Shown piece after piece: positions 28,846-37,487 of a stretch of DNA of 64,000 nt. Source of the DNA: Gemmatimonadota bacterium (lineage in GTDB: Bacteria; Gemmatimonadota; Gemmatimonadetes; JACCXV01; JAHWKZ01); assembly GCA_050732935.1 (NCBI GenBank), contig JBOHRW010000199.1, positions 1,755-65,754 on the forward strand. Direction: 5' to 3'. A model generated the notes under the pieces. The model was not told the DNA's origin and did not search any database. It saw only the letters and a list, made by a program, of their open reading frames with translations. The position numbers were made by a program, and so were the translations under genes. Every line of letters begins with the position of its first letter. Position 1 is the first letter of the stretch.

Positions 28846-29439
28846 CTACTCCTTGATCGCGGTCAGCGCGTGACGGGTGAGAACGGGCGCGGGGGCATCG
28901 GGATGATCGGCCAGCGAGCGCTGGACCGCCTGCTCGGCCGCCGACCGGCGGATACCGAGGGCGATCAGCGCCTTGACCGCGTCCTCACCGCTGGCGTTCA
29001 GGGGCGCGCCGCGTTCGATGGACTCGATGTCGACCATGTCGGCCACCTTGTCCTTGAGCTCCAGCACCATCCGTTCCGCCGTCTTCTTCCCGACCCCGCT
29101 GATCCCCGTCAGCGTGGTGAGATCGCCGCCGGAGATCGCGCCGACGAAGCGCTCCGGGGTGAGGCGGGAGAGAACGTGGAGCGCCAGCCGCGGGCCGATC
29201 CCACTCACGCCGATCAGGATCTCGAACAGCCGGCGCTCGCGATCGCTCGCGAAGCCGTAGAGGGCGAGCTCGTCCTCGCGGACGTGGAGGTGGGTGAGGA
29301 GCTTGACGTCGTCCCCCTCGCCGGGGAGCCCCTCGTAGGTGGAGAGCGGGATCGCCACCCGATAGCCGACCCCCTGGACGAGCACCAGGACCTCGTCGAT
29401 CGCCTTGGCGGCGAGCCGGCCTTCGAGCGAGCCGATCAC
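28846..29439 (-). CDS. ruvA: Holliday junction DNA-binding protein RuvA
   Basis: VGYRVAIPLSTY...LIGVSGIGPRLAL...LTGISGVGKKTAERM (HhH motifs). The start is approximate; the upstream ORF extension overlaps ruvC. Confidence 0.9.
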   Translation of the reverse strand: MIGSLEGRLAAKAIDEVLVLVQGVGYRVAIPLSTYEGLPGEGDDVKLLTHLHVREDELALYGFASDRERRLFEILIGVSGIGPRLALHVLSRLTPERFVGAISGGDLTTLTGISGVGKKTAERMVLELKDKVADMVDIESIERGAPLNASGEDAVKALIALGIRRSAAEQAVQRSLADHPDAPAPVLTRHALTAIKE

Positions 29440-29927
29440 GCCGGTACTCCGTTCGGGCTGGAGCGGTGGAAGTGGCACAGCGCGACCGCCAGGCTGTCGG
29501 TGGCATCGCGCGGCAGACCGCGCTCGGCGAGATCGAGGAGCGAGCCCACCATGTAGGCGATCTGGGCCTTGCTGGCGCGCCCCGTTCCGACGACGGCGCG
29601 CTTGATCTCGCGCGGCGCGTACTCGAACACGGGAAGCTCCGCCCGGCGCGCCGCCAGGACCAGCACCCCGCGCGTCTGGCTCATCACCGCCATCGCCTTG
29701 ACGTTCCGTCCCAGGAACGCGTTCTCGATCGCGACGACGGCGGGATGGTAGGTCTCGACCACCGCCTGGAGTCCGTCGTAGACCGCCACCAGCCGGTCCG
29801 GCAGCGGCCGGTCGCCGCCGGAGATCGTGCCGCAGTCGACGCAGCGTAGCGCACCGTCCCTTGCCTCGACCACGCCGTAGCCCGTGACGCGGCTTCCCGG
29901 GTCGACGCCGAGAACACGAGTGACCAT
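29436..29927 (-). CDS. ruvC: Crossover junction endodeoxyribonuclease RuvC
   Basis: VLGVDPGSRVTGYGVV...VAIENAF...DATDSLAVALCH. Confidence 0.9.
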   Translation of the reverse strand: MVTRVLGVDPGSRVTGYGVVEARDGALRCVDCGTISGGDRPLPDRLVAVYDGLQAVVETYHPAVVAIENAFLGRNVKAMAVMSQTRGVLVLAARRAELPVFEYAPREIKRAVVGTGRASKAQIAYMVGSLLDLAERGLPRDATDSLAVALCHFHRSSPNGVPA

Positions 29928-29940
29928 CAGCTCTCGCTCA

Positions 29941-30687
29941 TCAGCTCGCTCGGGCCAGGATCTCCTCGGGGATGTCGAAGTTGGCGGCCACCTTCTGTAC
30001 GTCGTCCTCCTCCTCGAGCGCGTCGATCAGCCGAAGGACCCTTTCGGCGTTCGAACCCTCCACCGCCACGGTGCTCTTCGGGATCATCGCCAGCTCGGCC
30101 TCCTCGATCTCGATCCCGGCCGCGTGGAGCGCGTCCTGGACCGCCTGGAACGCGGTGAACGGCGTCATCACGCGGTGATAGCCTTCCTCCGCGATCACGT
30201 CCTCGGCCCCGGCCTCGATGGCCGCCAGAAAGACCGCCTCCTCGTCGTGGGCGTTCGCGTCGACCAGGATCTGGCCTTTGGGGTCGAACATCCAGGCCAC
30301 CGAGCCGTCCTTGCCGAGGTTGCCGCCGTGCTTGCCCAGGATGTGGCGGATGGCCGCCACCGTGCGCTTCTCGTTGTCGGTCAGGCACTCGATGAAGAGC
30401 GCCACGCCGCCCGCCCCATACCCCTCGTAGGTGACGCGGCTGTAGCTGACGCCCTCGAGCTCGCCCGTCCCGCGCTTGATCGCCTTTTCGATGTTGTCCG
30501 AAGGCATGTTCTGGGCCCGCGCGTTGTCGACCGCCGTCCTGAGGCGCGGATTGGACTCCGGATCGCCGCCGCCCTCGCGCGCCGCGACCGTGATCTCCCG
30601 GATCAGCTTGGTGAAGGCCTGGCCACGCTTGGCGTCCTCGGCCGCTTTCTTGCGCTTGATGGTGGACCATTTGCTGTGGCCGGACAT
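29941..30687 (-). CDS. yebC: YebC/PmpR-family transcriptional regulator
   Basis: MSGHSKWSTIKRKKAAEDAKRGQAFTKLIREI...YEGYGAGGVALFIEC. Confidence 0.95.
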   Translation of the reverse strand: MSGHSKWSTIKRKKAAEDAKRGQAFTKLIREITVAAREGGGDPESNPRLRTAVDNARAQNMPSDNIEKAIKRGTGELEGVSYSRVTYEGYGAGGVALFIECLTDNEKRTVAAIRHILGKHGGNLGKDGSVAWMFDPKGQILVDANAHDEEAVFLAAIEAGAEDVIAEEGYHRVMTPFTAFQAVQDALHAAGIEIEEAELAMIPKSTVAVEGSNAERVLRLIDALEEEDDVQKVAANFDIPEEILARAS

Positions 30688-30795
30688 GGGCTCCTCGGGT
30701 GATCGCAGCAGATCCTGGATCGGGTGACGATGGAAGATAAGCCTGGAGTCGCATCGACTCCAATAGAAGGGCGCGTCGGACGACGTTCGACACTA

Positions 30796-30812
30796 ATAAC
30801 GTGACGCGTTAT
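30796..30812. promoter_or_regulatory. Perfect palindrome ATAACG-tgacg-CGTTAT, about 110 bp upstream of the yebC start, in the lower-GC islet
   Basis: Read directly from the sequence. 6-bp arms with a 5-bp spacer. Confidence 0.3.
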
Positions 30813-30926
30813 CATATGACCGCATGATCCGGGGCTTGGCTCGCCGCTGCATCTCGGGCGGCAGCCGGCCCTGCTTCCGCCGGTTGAAGACCCGTTCGGT
30901 CTCCGAGTCAGGATCGCACTCCGGTC

Positions 30927-31166
30927 CTACTGGGGGCAGAGTCCGATAATCTGCCCCCGGAACTCCCATTTCACGGACCACATGTAGTGAACCAGCCGGA
31001 GGGCCATCGGTACCCTCCCGCAGTGGTCGCACTCGAGAGCGTGTGACATGCACCAGTCCCCGGGGTACTCGTCGACTTCTTTCATGAAGTCGTAGAGTAC
31101 GAGGTAGGGGTCGCGTGTCGTCTCGGTTTCCATCTCGGCCGCCTCCACGTCGATAGTAACCGTCAC
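30927..31166 (-). CDS. Small Cys/His-containing hypothetical protein (79 aa; motif CMSHALECDHCGR), GTG start
   Basis: ORF in the lower-GC islet. Its start codon lies inside the 9-bp palindrome at 31157-31178. Possibly a zinc-ribbon-like peptide; very uncertain. Confidence 0.3.
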   Translation of the reverse strand: MTVTIDVEAAEMETETTRDPYLVLYDFMKEVDEYPGDWCMSHALECDHCGRVPMALRLVHYMWSVKWEFRGQIIGLCPQ

Positions 31167-31178
31167 GTCTGACGGTTA
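31157..31178. promoter_or_regulatory. Perfect inverted repeat TAACCGTCA-cgtc-TGACGGTTA, overlapping the start codon of the small Cys/His ORF
   Basis: Read directly from the sequence. 9-bp arms. Candidate operator or mRNA hairpin. Confidence 0.35.
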
Positions 31179-31234
31179 TACTTGCCCCGGAAATGTCAGC
31201 CACGAGCCGAACGAAGAAGAAGCCCGCCAAGTGA

Positions 31235-31760
31235 CCGCGGAAGAGAGCGCGCGACATCGCCCGCGAGCGGCTGCGAAAGTCGATCGAGGCTATTCAGGAT
31301 TCTCCGGACGAACAGGAGAAGTTCTCGCTCTTTCCCGAAGGAACCCTCGCCTTCAAGGCCTTTGCCCTCTCGGACAGCAACTTCGAGATCTGGGATGCGG
31401 AGAAAGCCGAACGGGATCCCAGGAAGCTCGCCGCGCAGCTCAGGCTCTACGCCGATCACCTGAGACCCGGGCGTTCGCCCGACGATCTTCTCTACGAGCT
31501 GATCCTGAAAGTCCGGGCTTCCGTTGACGGCTGAATTAGAAAAGGTGGATGTCGCGGGCGCGGCCGCCTACTCCATCGAAGGAGACGCGCTCCTTCTGTG
31601 CCTGGAAGAGCCTGTCACGGAGGAGATCCTCGACGCCATGGTCGCGCGGGAGCCGCGGCGGATCGTCTGCCTCGACCGCGCCTTCCAGGGTAACGACCCG
31701 CTCAAGACGAATGCGGTGCTCGCCATGAGGTCCAGGGGCATCGAGTTCCATACGGTGTAA
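31235..31760 (+). pseudogene. Frameshifted C-terminal remnant of a restriction-modification-type N6-adenine DNA methyltransferase, with the N-terminal catalytic part missing
   Basis: Two consecutive reading frames join at 31524-31534. ...LYELILKVRASVDG continues as TAELEKVDV...RIVCLDRAFQGNDPLKTNAVLAMRSRGIEFHTV, a C-terminal signature I associate with type III Mod / type IIG / BREX-type methyltransferases. No upstream start; preceded by a stop at 31232. Confidence 0.45.
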
Positions 31761-31764
31761 GCGC

Positions 31765-32058
31765 ATGGATCGCGATTCCACTCTGGAGCTTCTCCGCAGC
31801 CACCTCCCCGAGATGCGCAAGAGGTTCGATGCCCAGGAGCTGTGGATCTTCGGCTCCATCGCGCGCGACGAAGCCCGGGAAACGAGCGACATCGACGTAA
31901 TGGTGGTCTTCTCTGAGCCGGCCACTCTCGATCGCTTCATGGGACTCAAGTTCTATCTCGAAGACCTCCTCGAGCGTTCCGTCGACCTGACCACCAGAAA
32001 GGCGCTCCATCCACGTCTGCGGCCTCACATCGAGCGGGAGGCCGTTCGTGTCGCGTGA
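31765..32058 (+). CDS. mntA: MntA-type minimal nucleotidyltransferase antitoxin (type VII TA)
   Basis: [22 protein letters not shown] (GSx9-13DxD nucleotidyltransferase motif). Confidence 0.8.
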   Translation: MDRDSTLELLRSHLPEMRKRFDAQELWIFGSIARDEARETSDIDVMVVFSEPATLDRFMGLKFYLEDLLERSVDLTTRKALHPRLRPHIEREAVRVA

Positions 32059-32533
32059 CTGGGATGTCTTTCTCCAAGACATCCTCGAAAGCTGTGAGAA
32101 GGTTCGCCAGTACTCGGTCGGCATGACCCGCGAGCAGCTGCGGGACGATGACATGCGCTACGACGCCCTGCTCAGAAGGCTCCTGCTCATCGGAGAGGCC
32201 ACCAAGCACGTCCCCTCCTCGGTCCGCGATCGATTCCCGGAGATCGGATGGCGGGCCATTGCGGGGCTGCGCGATGTCCTGATTCACGCCTATTTCCGGA
32301 TCGACGACGACACCGTCTGGGACGTGATCCACAACGACATCCCCAAGCTCCTGGACGTGGCCTTCGAGTACGGCCCGGGTGCCGGGCGACTTGTAAAGGC
32401 TCCGGCCGTTGCTGGCGACCGCCTTCTGCCCCGGCTTTGTTACATCGCCATCCGGCTGCTGACGACTGATCAACCTAGTAAAAAGACGCCGCCTACGATC
32501 AGCACGATGCCCAGAGGACGCGCGACGCGGTGA
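32048..32533 (+). CDS. hepT: HepT-type HEPN (DUF86) toxin with Rx4HxY motif and an unusual roughly 45-aa C-terminal tail
   Basis: [11 protein letters not shown] (R-x4-H-x-Y). GTG start overlaps the mntA stop by 11 nt. Confidence 0.8.
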   Translation: MSRDWDVFLQDILESCEKVRQYSVGMTREQLRDDDMRYDALLRRLLLIGEATKHVPSSVRDRFPEIGWRAIAGLRDVLIHAYFRIDDDTVWDVIHNDIPKLLDVAFEYGPGAGRLVKAPAVAGDRLLPRLCYIAIRLLTTDQPSKKTPPTISTMPRGRATR

Positions 32534-33270
32534 CCACCGGGAAGCGACTTTTCCACGAAGATGATGACGGCGGCCGTGAACATCCAGGCGACATTCATCA
32601 TCCCGAGCGCTACCAGAGCCAGCATCAGGCCCAGACAACAGCCCAGGCAGTCGACACCGTGCAGCACGCCCAGCCGCCCTGCACCTGAGACACCCGGTCG
32701 CCAGTGGCGCGTCAGGAAGAAGAGCGGGCTGCTGCAGCGCGTGTGGCAGCGTCGTTTCAAGGCCGTGAACTGGTAAAGACCTCCGGCGATGAGCAACAAC
32801 CCCGGCAGCGCTGTCATGGCATGGCCGCCGGACCGGGCGAGCTGGTTGTAGCCGAAGACCGGCACGCCAGCCGTGGTCCAGATTCCGACGTAGCCCGCGA
32901 GCAGGGCAGTCATCCCCGCGATGGCCTGCTGGCGGCCTACCCGCCGGTGGGCGGTCATGCGGTAGAGAAAGATGAGCGGCAGCGCCGCTGGCAGCATCAT
33001 CGCCACCATCATGATGGCCCAGCCGGACAGGAACACGATGATGGCAGCCGTCATCTCCATGCCGTACATGCGCGCTGAGCCGGGCATGGGCATCTCGTTC
33101 ATGGAGCCGGCCTGGAGGGTATAGCCCCAGGCGAGCGCGCTAAGCAGCAGGAGAACCAACCCCGGCACCAGATTTTCGCGCTTCCGCCAGGCGGGCGTTG
33201 CCGGAGGGACAGGCGGATGGTGCATCCCTGCTTCCTTCATCTTGCGAAATAGGCCAGCATACGCGGTCAT
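32470..33270 (-). CDS. DUF2182-family polytopic membrane protein (putative metal-binding)
   Basis: Multiple TM helices, Met/His-rich loops. The canonical partner DUF1326 gene lies immediately upstream. Start chosen at MTAYAGL (33270); upstream codons overlap the DUF1326 3' end. Confidence 0.7.
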   Translation of the reverse strand: MTAYAGLFRKMKEAGMHHPPVPPATPAWRKRENLVPGLVLLLLSALAWGYTLQAGSMNEMPMPGSARMYGMEMTAAIIVFLSGWAIMMVAMMLPAALPLIFLYRMTAHRRVGRQQAIAGMTALLAGYVGIWTTAGVPVFGYNQLARSGGHAMTALPGLLLIAGGLYQFTALKRRCHTRCSSPLFFLTRHWRPGVSGAGRLGVLHGVDCLGCCLGLMLALVALGMMNVAWMFTAAVIIFVEKSLPGGHRVARPLGIVLIVGGVFLLG

Positions 33271-33281
33271 GACCGCATGTA

Positions 33282-33929
33282 CTACGCCGCCTCGTCCGGA
33301 CCGCTCCACTCGAACGGGATGTGCTTGCTCGACGAGCCGACGAACTCCATGTCGAAGCCGAAGGCATCCACGTTCAGGGCGGTTCCCCTGCCCCAGGTGG
33401 CCACCTGGCCGGGCCCCACTTCCGACCCTGGCGGATTGAGGAGCTGCACTCGCTTGCCAGGTGGGGTCGTAGGCCCCGTCAGGGCCTCGGCTCCAGCAAC
33501 GACCCGCCCCGGAACCTCGGCTCGCCAGTAGGCCAGATCGTCGGCCAGCTCGAAGGTAATCGGGGCGAACTCGGTGCCGCGTAACTCGCCAATGAGGTCG
33601 GCGAAGCCGGCCGGCCAGCCACCCGCCTGCCCCCCGAAGATGATCTGTAAAGCCTCACGCTGTGCATCATCCGCGCGCTCGTCGAAGAAAATGCCCATCG
33701 TGGCCTTGGTCTCGCCGCCCCAGATATTGCCTTCGAAGTAGCTGACGGCGAGGACGTTCAGGCCGTCGAGCACCACATCGCCATAGCGTCCTTCACGTAT
33801 GTGCCACGCCAGAGTCCCTTCGCAGACGTTGTTGGTGGGCGCCTGCGCGAACTCGCATGGGCAAGGGATGGTGCAGCTGCAGACATCGAACCAGTCCCCG
33901 CCCACCCGCCACTTCCGAACCTGGGTCAC
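33282..33929 (-). CDS. DUF1326-family protein
   Basis: N-terminus WRVGGDWFDVCSCTIPCPCEF matches the DUF1326 Cys-cluster signature. Confidence 0.8.
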   Translation of the reverse strand: MTQVRKWRVGGDWFDVCSCTIPCPCEFAQAPTNNVCEGTLAWHIREGRYGDVVLDGLNVLAVSYFEGNIWGGETKATMGIFFDERADDAQREALQIIFGGQAGGWPAGFADLIGELRGTEFAPITFELADDLAYWRAEVPGRVVAGAEALTGPTTPPGKRVQLLNPPGSEVGPGQVATWGRGTALNVDAFGFDMEFVGSSSKHIPFEWSGPDEAA

Positions 33930-34011
33930 GGCAGACCTCCTCCCGGTTGCTGTCCTCGAGATCCAACGGACTGTCCGGAGTCTAAGCGGCGAACGGTCAC
34001 GGATACAATCC

Positions 34012-35094
34012 TCAGACCGTCAGCACCACCGACCGGCCGAGAAACGCGCCGTACCGATCGGCGGCCGCCGCGACGGCCTCCCTTTGGGCCCGCGTCAGCC
34101 GGGCGAAGACGTCGGTCTGAATGACGACCTCGGTCTTCCTGAGTGTGCGCCTCCAGGTCCCCACGATTCGACCGTCGACCACCACGATATAGTTCAACGC
34201 GTTGCCCATCGCCGACAGCCTGGCGGCATGCCGCTCGTCGATCATGGCGCTGCGATCCTTGTAGCCGGAAACGTACTCGTCGTAGATGGACAAAAGGTGC
34301 GCGGTGGGAGATCCGTCCGCCTTGGATCGACGCGAGCGAGGGAACCAGCAGGTCCTCCCATCCGCGACCTCGTGTCGAAGCCCGGCCTCGACGGCTTCGA
34401 GGCCGCTCCTCGCGTCGGCGAGGATCAGCCCCGACCACTTCGCGAAATCGTGCACGGTGGCCGGCCCGCGGCTCGCGAAGTAGCGCCGGGCGAGCTCCGC
34501 CAGCGCCTCCTCACGGCCCAGGGCCCCGGCGCGCGGCGCACGCTCATCCAGCAGCGCGTAGGTGAACTGCTTCCCGCGTCGCGGGCCGCTGCAGACGATT
34601 CCGTCCAATTCGGCCCGCATCATGAGATAGGCCATGCGCTGCTCACGATCCGTTTCGATGCCCGCCCTCTGCAGCACGCCGCGCAGTTCGTCACGGGTCA
34701 GGTGCTGGCCGCCTTGCAAGGCTTTGGCGATCGCCTCGTTGCTGAGCTGGAAGACGCCGCTGTCCAGCTCGAGCTGGCGATACCTGGGGCCGTTGGCCGC
34801 ATGGACGCGCGGCGCCGTGAGGGCCAGCATCCAGCGGATGTCGATGGGGGTCACGAAGTGCCAGGTGGGCCGCAGCAGATGGGTACGGAGGATGGCGCCG
34901 TCGTTGAAGGCCCGCTCGATGTCGTGATCGGCCGCGCCCTCGAGGCGCAACCCGAGCGCCCACTTGGCGCCCAAGTAGTCCTGAGCCTGGACCCCGCCCA
35001 GCCACCCGACCACCTCCCCCGGTCCTCCTGGGATCGGTTCGGTGATGCCCTGGTTGCGGAGACGGTGCCACACGATGTCCGCGGGTGTCATCAT
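34012..35094 (-). CDS. AlkZ/YcaQ-family winged-helix DNA glycosylase-like protein (QxQ motif, AlkZ type)
   Basis: GGVQAQDYLGAKWAL carries the Q-hydrophobic-Q catalytic motif of AlkZ-like interstrand-crosslink glycosylases. Length and layout fit the family. Start at MMTPADIV. Confidence 0.7.
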   Translation of the reverse strand: MMTPADIVWHRLRNQGITEPIPGGPGEVVGWLGGVQAQDYLGAKWALGLRLEGAADHDIERAFNDGAILRTHLLRPTWHFVTPIDIRWMLALTAPRVHAANGPRYRQLELDSGVFQLSNEAIAKALQGGQHLTRDELRGVLQRAGIETDREQRMAYLMMRAELDGIVCSGPRRGKQFTYALLDERAPRAGALGREEALAELARRYFASRGPATVHDFAKWSGLILADARSGLEAVEAGLRHEVADGRTCWFPRSRRSKADGSPTAHLLSIYDEYVSGYKDRSAMIDERHAARLSAMGNALNYIVVVDGRIVGTWRRTLRKTEVVIQTDVFARLTRAQREAVAAAADRYGAFLGRSVVLTV

Positions 35095-35182
35095 GGCGGA
35101 TCTCACGAAGGCGTCAGACGATAGATGGATCGACACCGAGGGGCCTGTCGCCGCACGCCGGGGGCCGGGGTATCGTTGAGCC

Positions 35183-36061
35183 ATGGCGAAGCTCGACGCC
35201 CGCTCGCGCGCCAGGCTCCCGGAGAGCGCCTTCGCCTACGTCGATTCCGGCGGCCGGCGACGGCTTCCCATCCACGACGAGCCGCATCTGCGAAACGCGC
35301 TCGCCCGCTTCAACCAGGTCGCCTTCGAGAGTGAGGCGGCACGGGAGCGGGCTCGCAAGCGCCTGCTGAACGCGGCGAAGCGGTACGGGATCGTGCCGGT
35401 GGGATTCATCACCCGCCAGCTGGAGACCGAGCGTCGGCACGCGGCCACCGGCCTCGATCCCGCCACGCTGCCCACCGGGCGCGTGACCCTCCTCATGAGC
35501 GACATCGAGGCCTCCACCACCCTGCTCCATCGGCTGGAGCACCGCTATCGCGATCTGCTGCGGGACGTGCGCGCCATCCTGCGGGACGCAGTGTCGGGGT
35601 CCGGCGGGCACCCGATCGATGCGCGGGCCGACGATTTCTTCGCCGTCTTCAAAGCCGCCCGGAGCGCGACCGTGGCGGCGGCCACGATCCAGCGGGGCCT
35701 CGGCGAAAAGAAGTGGCAGCGCGACCTGGAAGTCCGGGTCCGGATCGGGATTCACAGCGGTCGCCCCAAGCTCACCGACGTCGGGTACATCGGTGTGGCC
35801 GTGCACACCACCGCCCGGATCTGCTCGGCCGCCCACGGCGGGCAGATCGTGGTCTCCGGCCGGACTCGGGAGGCGGTCGGGAAACCGCTGCCGGCCGGGA
35901 TCCGGTTCCGGAGTCTTGGCCGGCACCGCCTGCGCGGGCTGGAGGAAACCCACACGCTCTTTCAGGTCCATGCGGACGGCCTGCCACGGAAGTTCCCGCC
36001 GCTCCGCGTCTCGGCACCGTTCGCGGACCCGGGAGAGGACCCCTCCGAGTCAGCGACCTGA
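35183..36061 (+). CDS. Class III adenylate/guanylate cyclase with a conserved roughly 70-aa N-terminal domain of unknown function
   Basis: VTLLMSDIEASTTL, DDFFAVFKAA, RVRIGIHSGRP, GYIGVAVHTTARICSAAHGGQIVVS cyclase motifs. N-terminus ARLPESAFAYVDSGGRRRLPIHDEPHLRNALARFNQVAF resembles a DUF (possibly DUF6582-type). Confidence 0.8.
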   Translation: MAKLDARSRARLPESAFAYVDSGGRRRLPIHDEPHLRNALARFNQVAFESEAARERARKRLLNAAKRYGIVPVGFITRQLETERRHAATGLDPATLPTGRVTLLMSDIEASTTLLHRLEHRYRDLLRDVRAILRDAVSGSGGHPIDARADDFFAVFKAARSATVAAATIQRGLGEKKWQRDLEVRVRIGIHSGRPKLTDVGYIGVAVHTTARICSAAHGGQIVVSGRTREAVGKPLPAGIRFRSLGRHRLRGLEETHTLFQVHADGLPRKFPPLRVSAPFADPGEDPSESAT

Positions 36062-36889
36062 GCCGCCGGCCTGGGTGCCGGCCGCCCGCTCCGCGCCCGT
36101 CCAGCTCCGCATCGCACGCCGCCAGTCATCCTCCACCAAAGCGACCGTGGAGGAGTTTCCGTCCTCGCGCCAGGCGGGGAAGACGAGCTCCTCGAGGCGC
36201 GACTCGAGGACGGCGGCCGCGTCGATGTCGCCGATCGCCGTCGCCCTGAGCCATCCGGCGGCCCCGACCAGCCACGCGTCCCGCGGGCGGCCGTCATGCC
36301 AGGCGACCCGCAGGGCCTGGTCGGCGAGACCGGGCGGATAGGGGAGCCCCGAGTCTTCGAGCGCGTCCTCGGCCAGCCGCCCCAGATCCCGAAGCCGGCG
36401 CCGGAGTTCCGCGCCCTCGGGCTCCCAGCGGTCCAGCGCCTCCAGCCCCGCCTGGAGGGCGCCTTCGGCCAGCGCCTGCTCGGCGCCCTCCGGGTCGTCT
36501 CCGGCGGACTCCAGTCCGGCCCCGTAGTAGAGCCCCGCCAGCTCGGGGAGTCCGGTCCGCATGAGCCAGTCGGCGTAGCCGGCCGCGAGCTCCTGGTTCG
36601 CCCACTCCTCGGGAAACGGATAGCCGCGCGTGGCGGCTCGCAGATCGACGGCCACGGCGGCGAGCGCTGCCGGCTCGATCCGGTCACCGTCCAAGCGGAC
36701 CAGGCGCAGGCCCGCCCGGGCGGCGATCAGGCGCGCCTGCGGGTCGTCCTCCAGGCGTCGCGCGGAAGACTGCGCCGCCGCGAAGTCCCCCCGGTTGTAC
36801 GCGTTCTTGGCGTCGCGGAGGGAGCCCGTGGCGCAACCCGTGGCGAGAAGGATCGCGAGGAGCGCGAGGCTTCGTCTACCGCCCCGCAT
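36050..36889 (-). CDS. Hypothetical lipoprotein (lipobox LLATGC)
   Basis: MRGGRRSLALLAILLATGCATGS. 279 aa. Confidence 0.6.
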   Translation of the reverse strand: MRGGRRSLALLAILLATGCATGSLRDAKNAYNRGDFAAAQSSARRLEDDPQARLIAARAGLRLVRLDGDRIEPAALAAVAVDLRAATRGYPFPEEWANQELAAGYADWLMRTGLPELAGLYYGAGLESAGDDPEGAEQALAEGALQAGLEALDRWEPEGAELRRRLRDLGRLAEDALEDSGLPYPPGLADQALRVAWHDGRPRDAWLVGAAGWLRATAIGDIDAAAVLESRLEELVFPAWREDGNSSTVALVEDDWRRAMRSWTGAERAAGTQAGGSGR

Positions 36890-37412
36890 CGACGGCCAGA
36901 CTCTCGCGCGAGAATGTATCCTCCAGCTTGTCGGCGATCCGCCTGAGGAGCGCCCGTCGCTCTCCCGTCGGAAGGTCGGTGACGCCCGACTCGACCAGGA
37001 TCTCGAGGAATCCGTCGATCTCCTCTACGGCGCCGCGCCGACCCGCGAGCGGGCGCGCCAGCTCCGCCTGGGCCCGACCGACGGCCAGACGCAGCGCTTC
37101 CCACCGGCGACTCCGCTCGCTCCCGGTGGCCCGTTCGGCCGCATCCAGGGCGGAGCCCAGATGGGCGAGCCCGGATCGGCCGCGGACGTAGGCGGCCAGC
37201 TCGCGGCGCGTGGGGCGATGAGCGATGGCGAAGGGGACGATGGGGGCCGAGCGGACCCGCTCCACGTACTCGGCGAGCGACCGGACCCCGGCGCTCACGG
37301 CGGCGGTCAGGAGTGTGGCCAGGAAGGGCCGGACCGCCAGCCCGGGGATCCGGGCCAGGAGCGGCAGCAGATCGGGAAGATGTCGATCTACGATTTCGCT
37401 TGGATCGTCCAC
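36876..37412 (-). CDS. Hypothetical protein, 178 aa
   Basis: Co-directional and overlapping the lipoprotein gene by 14 nt. No family recognised. Confidence 0.4.
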   Translation of the reverse strand: MDDPSEIVDRHLPDLLPLLARIPGLAVRPFLATLLTAAVSAGVRSLAEYVERVRSAPIVPFAIAHRPTRRELAAYVRGRSGLAHLGSALDAAERATGSERSRRWEALRLAVGRAQAELARPLAGRRGAVEEIDGFLEILVESGVTDLPTGERRALLRRIADKLEDTFSRESLAVDAGR

Positions 37413-37487
37413 GCGCTTTCCTACGCGCGGCGGGCGGGGTAGGATTCACGGATCGACCCTGGGTGAACTCGATTCAGGAGGGATGTC

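Noticed and set aside
27616-29556. 646-aa plus-strand ORF
   Set aside because: Antisense to ruvB and ruvA.
30793-31257. 154-aa minus-strand ORF in the islet
   Set aside because: Arg/Gly-rich, overlaps the small Cys/His ORF in another frame, and has no coding-like pattern.
33799-35124. 441-aa plus-strand ORF
   Set aside because: Antisense to the DUF1326 and AlkZ-like genes.
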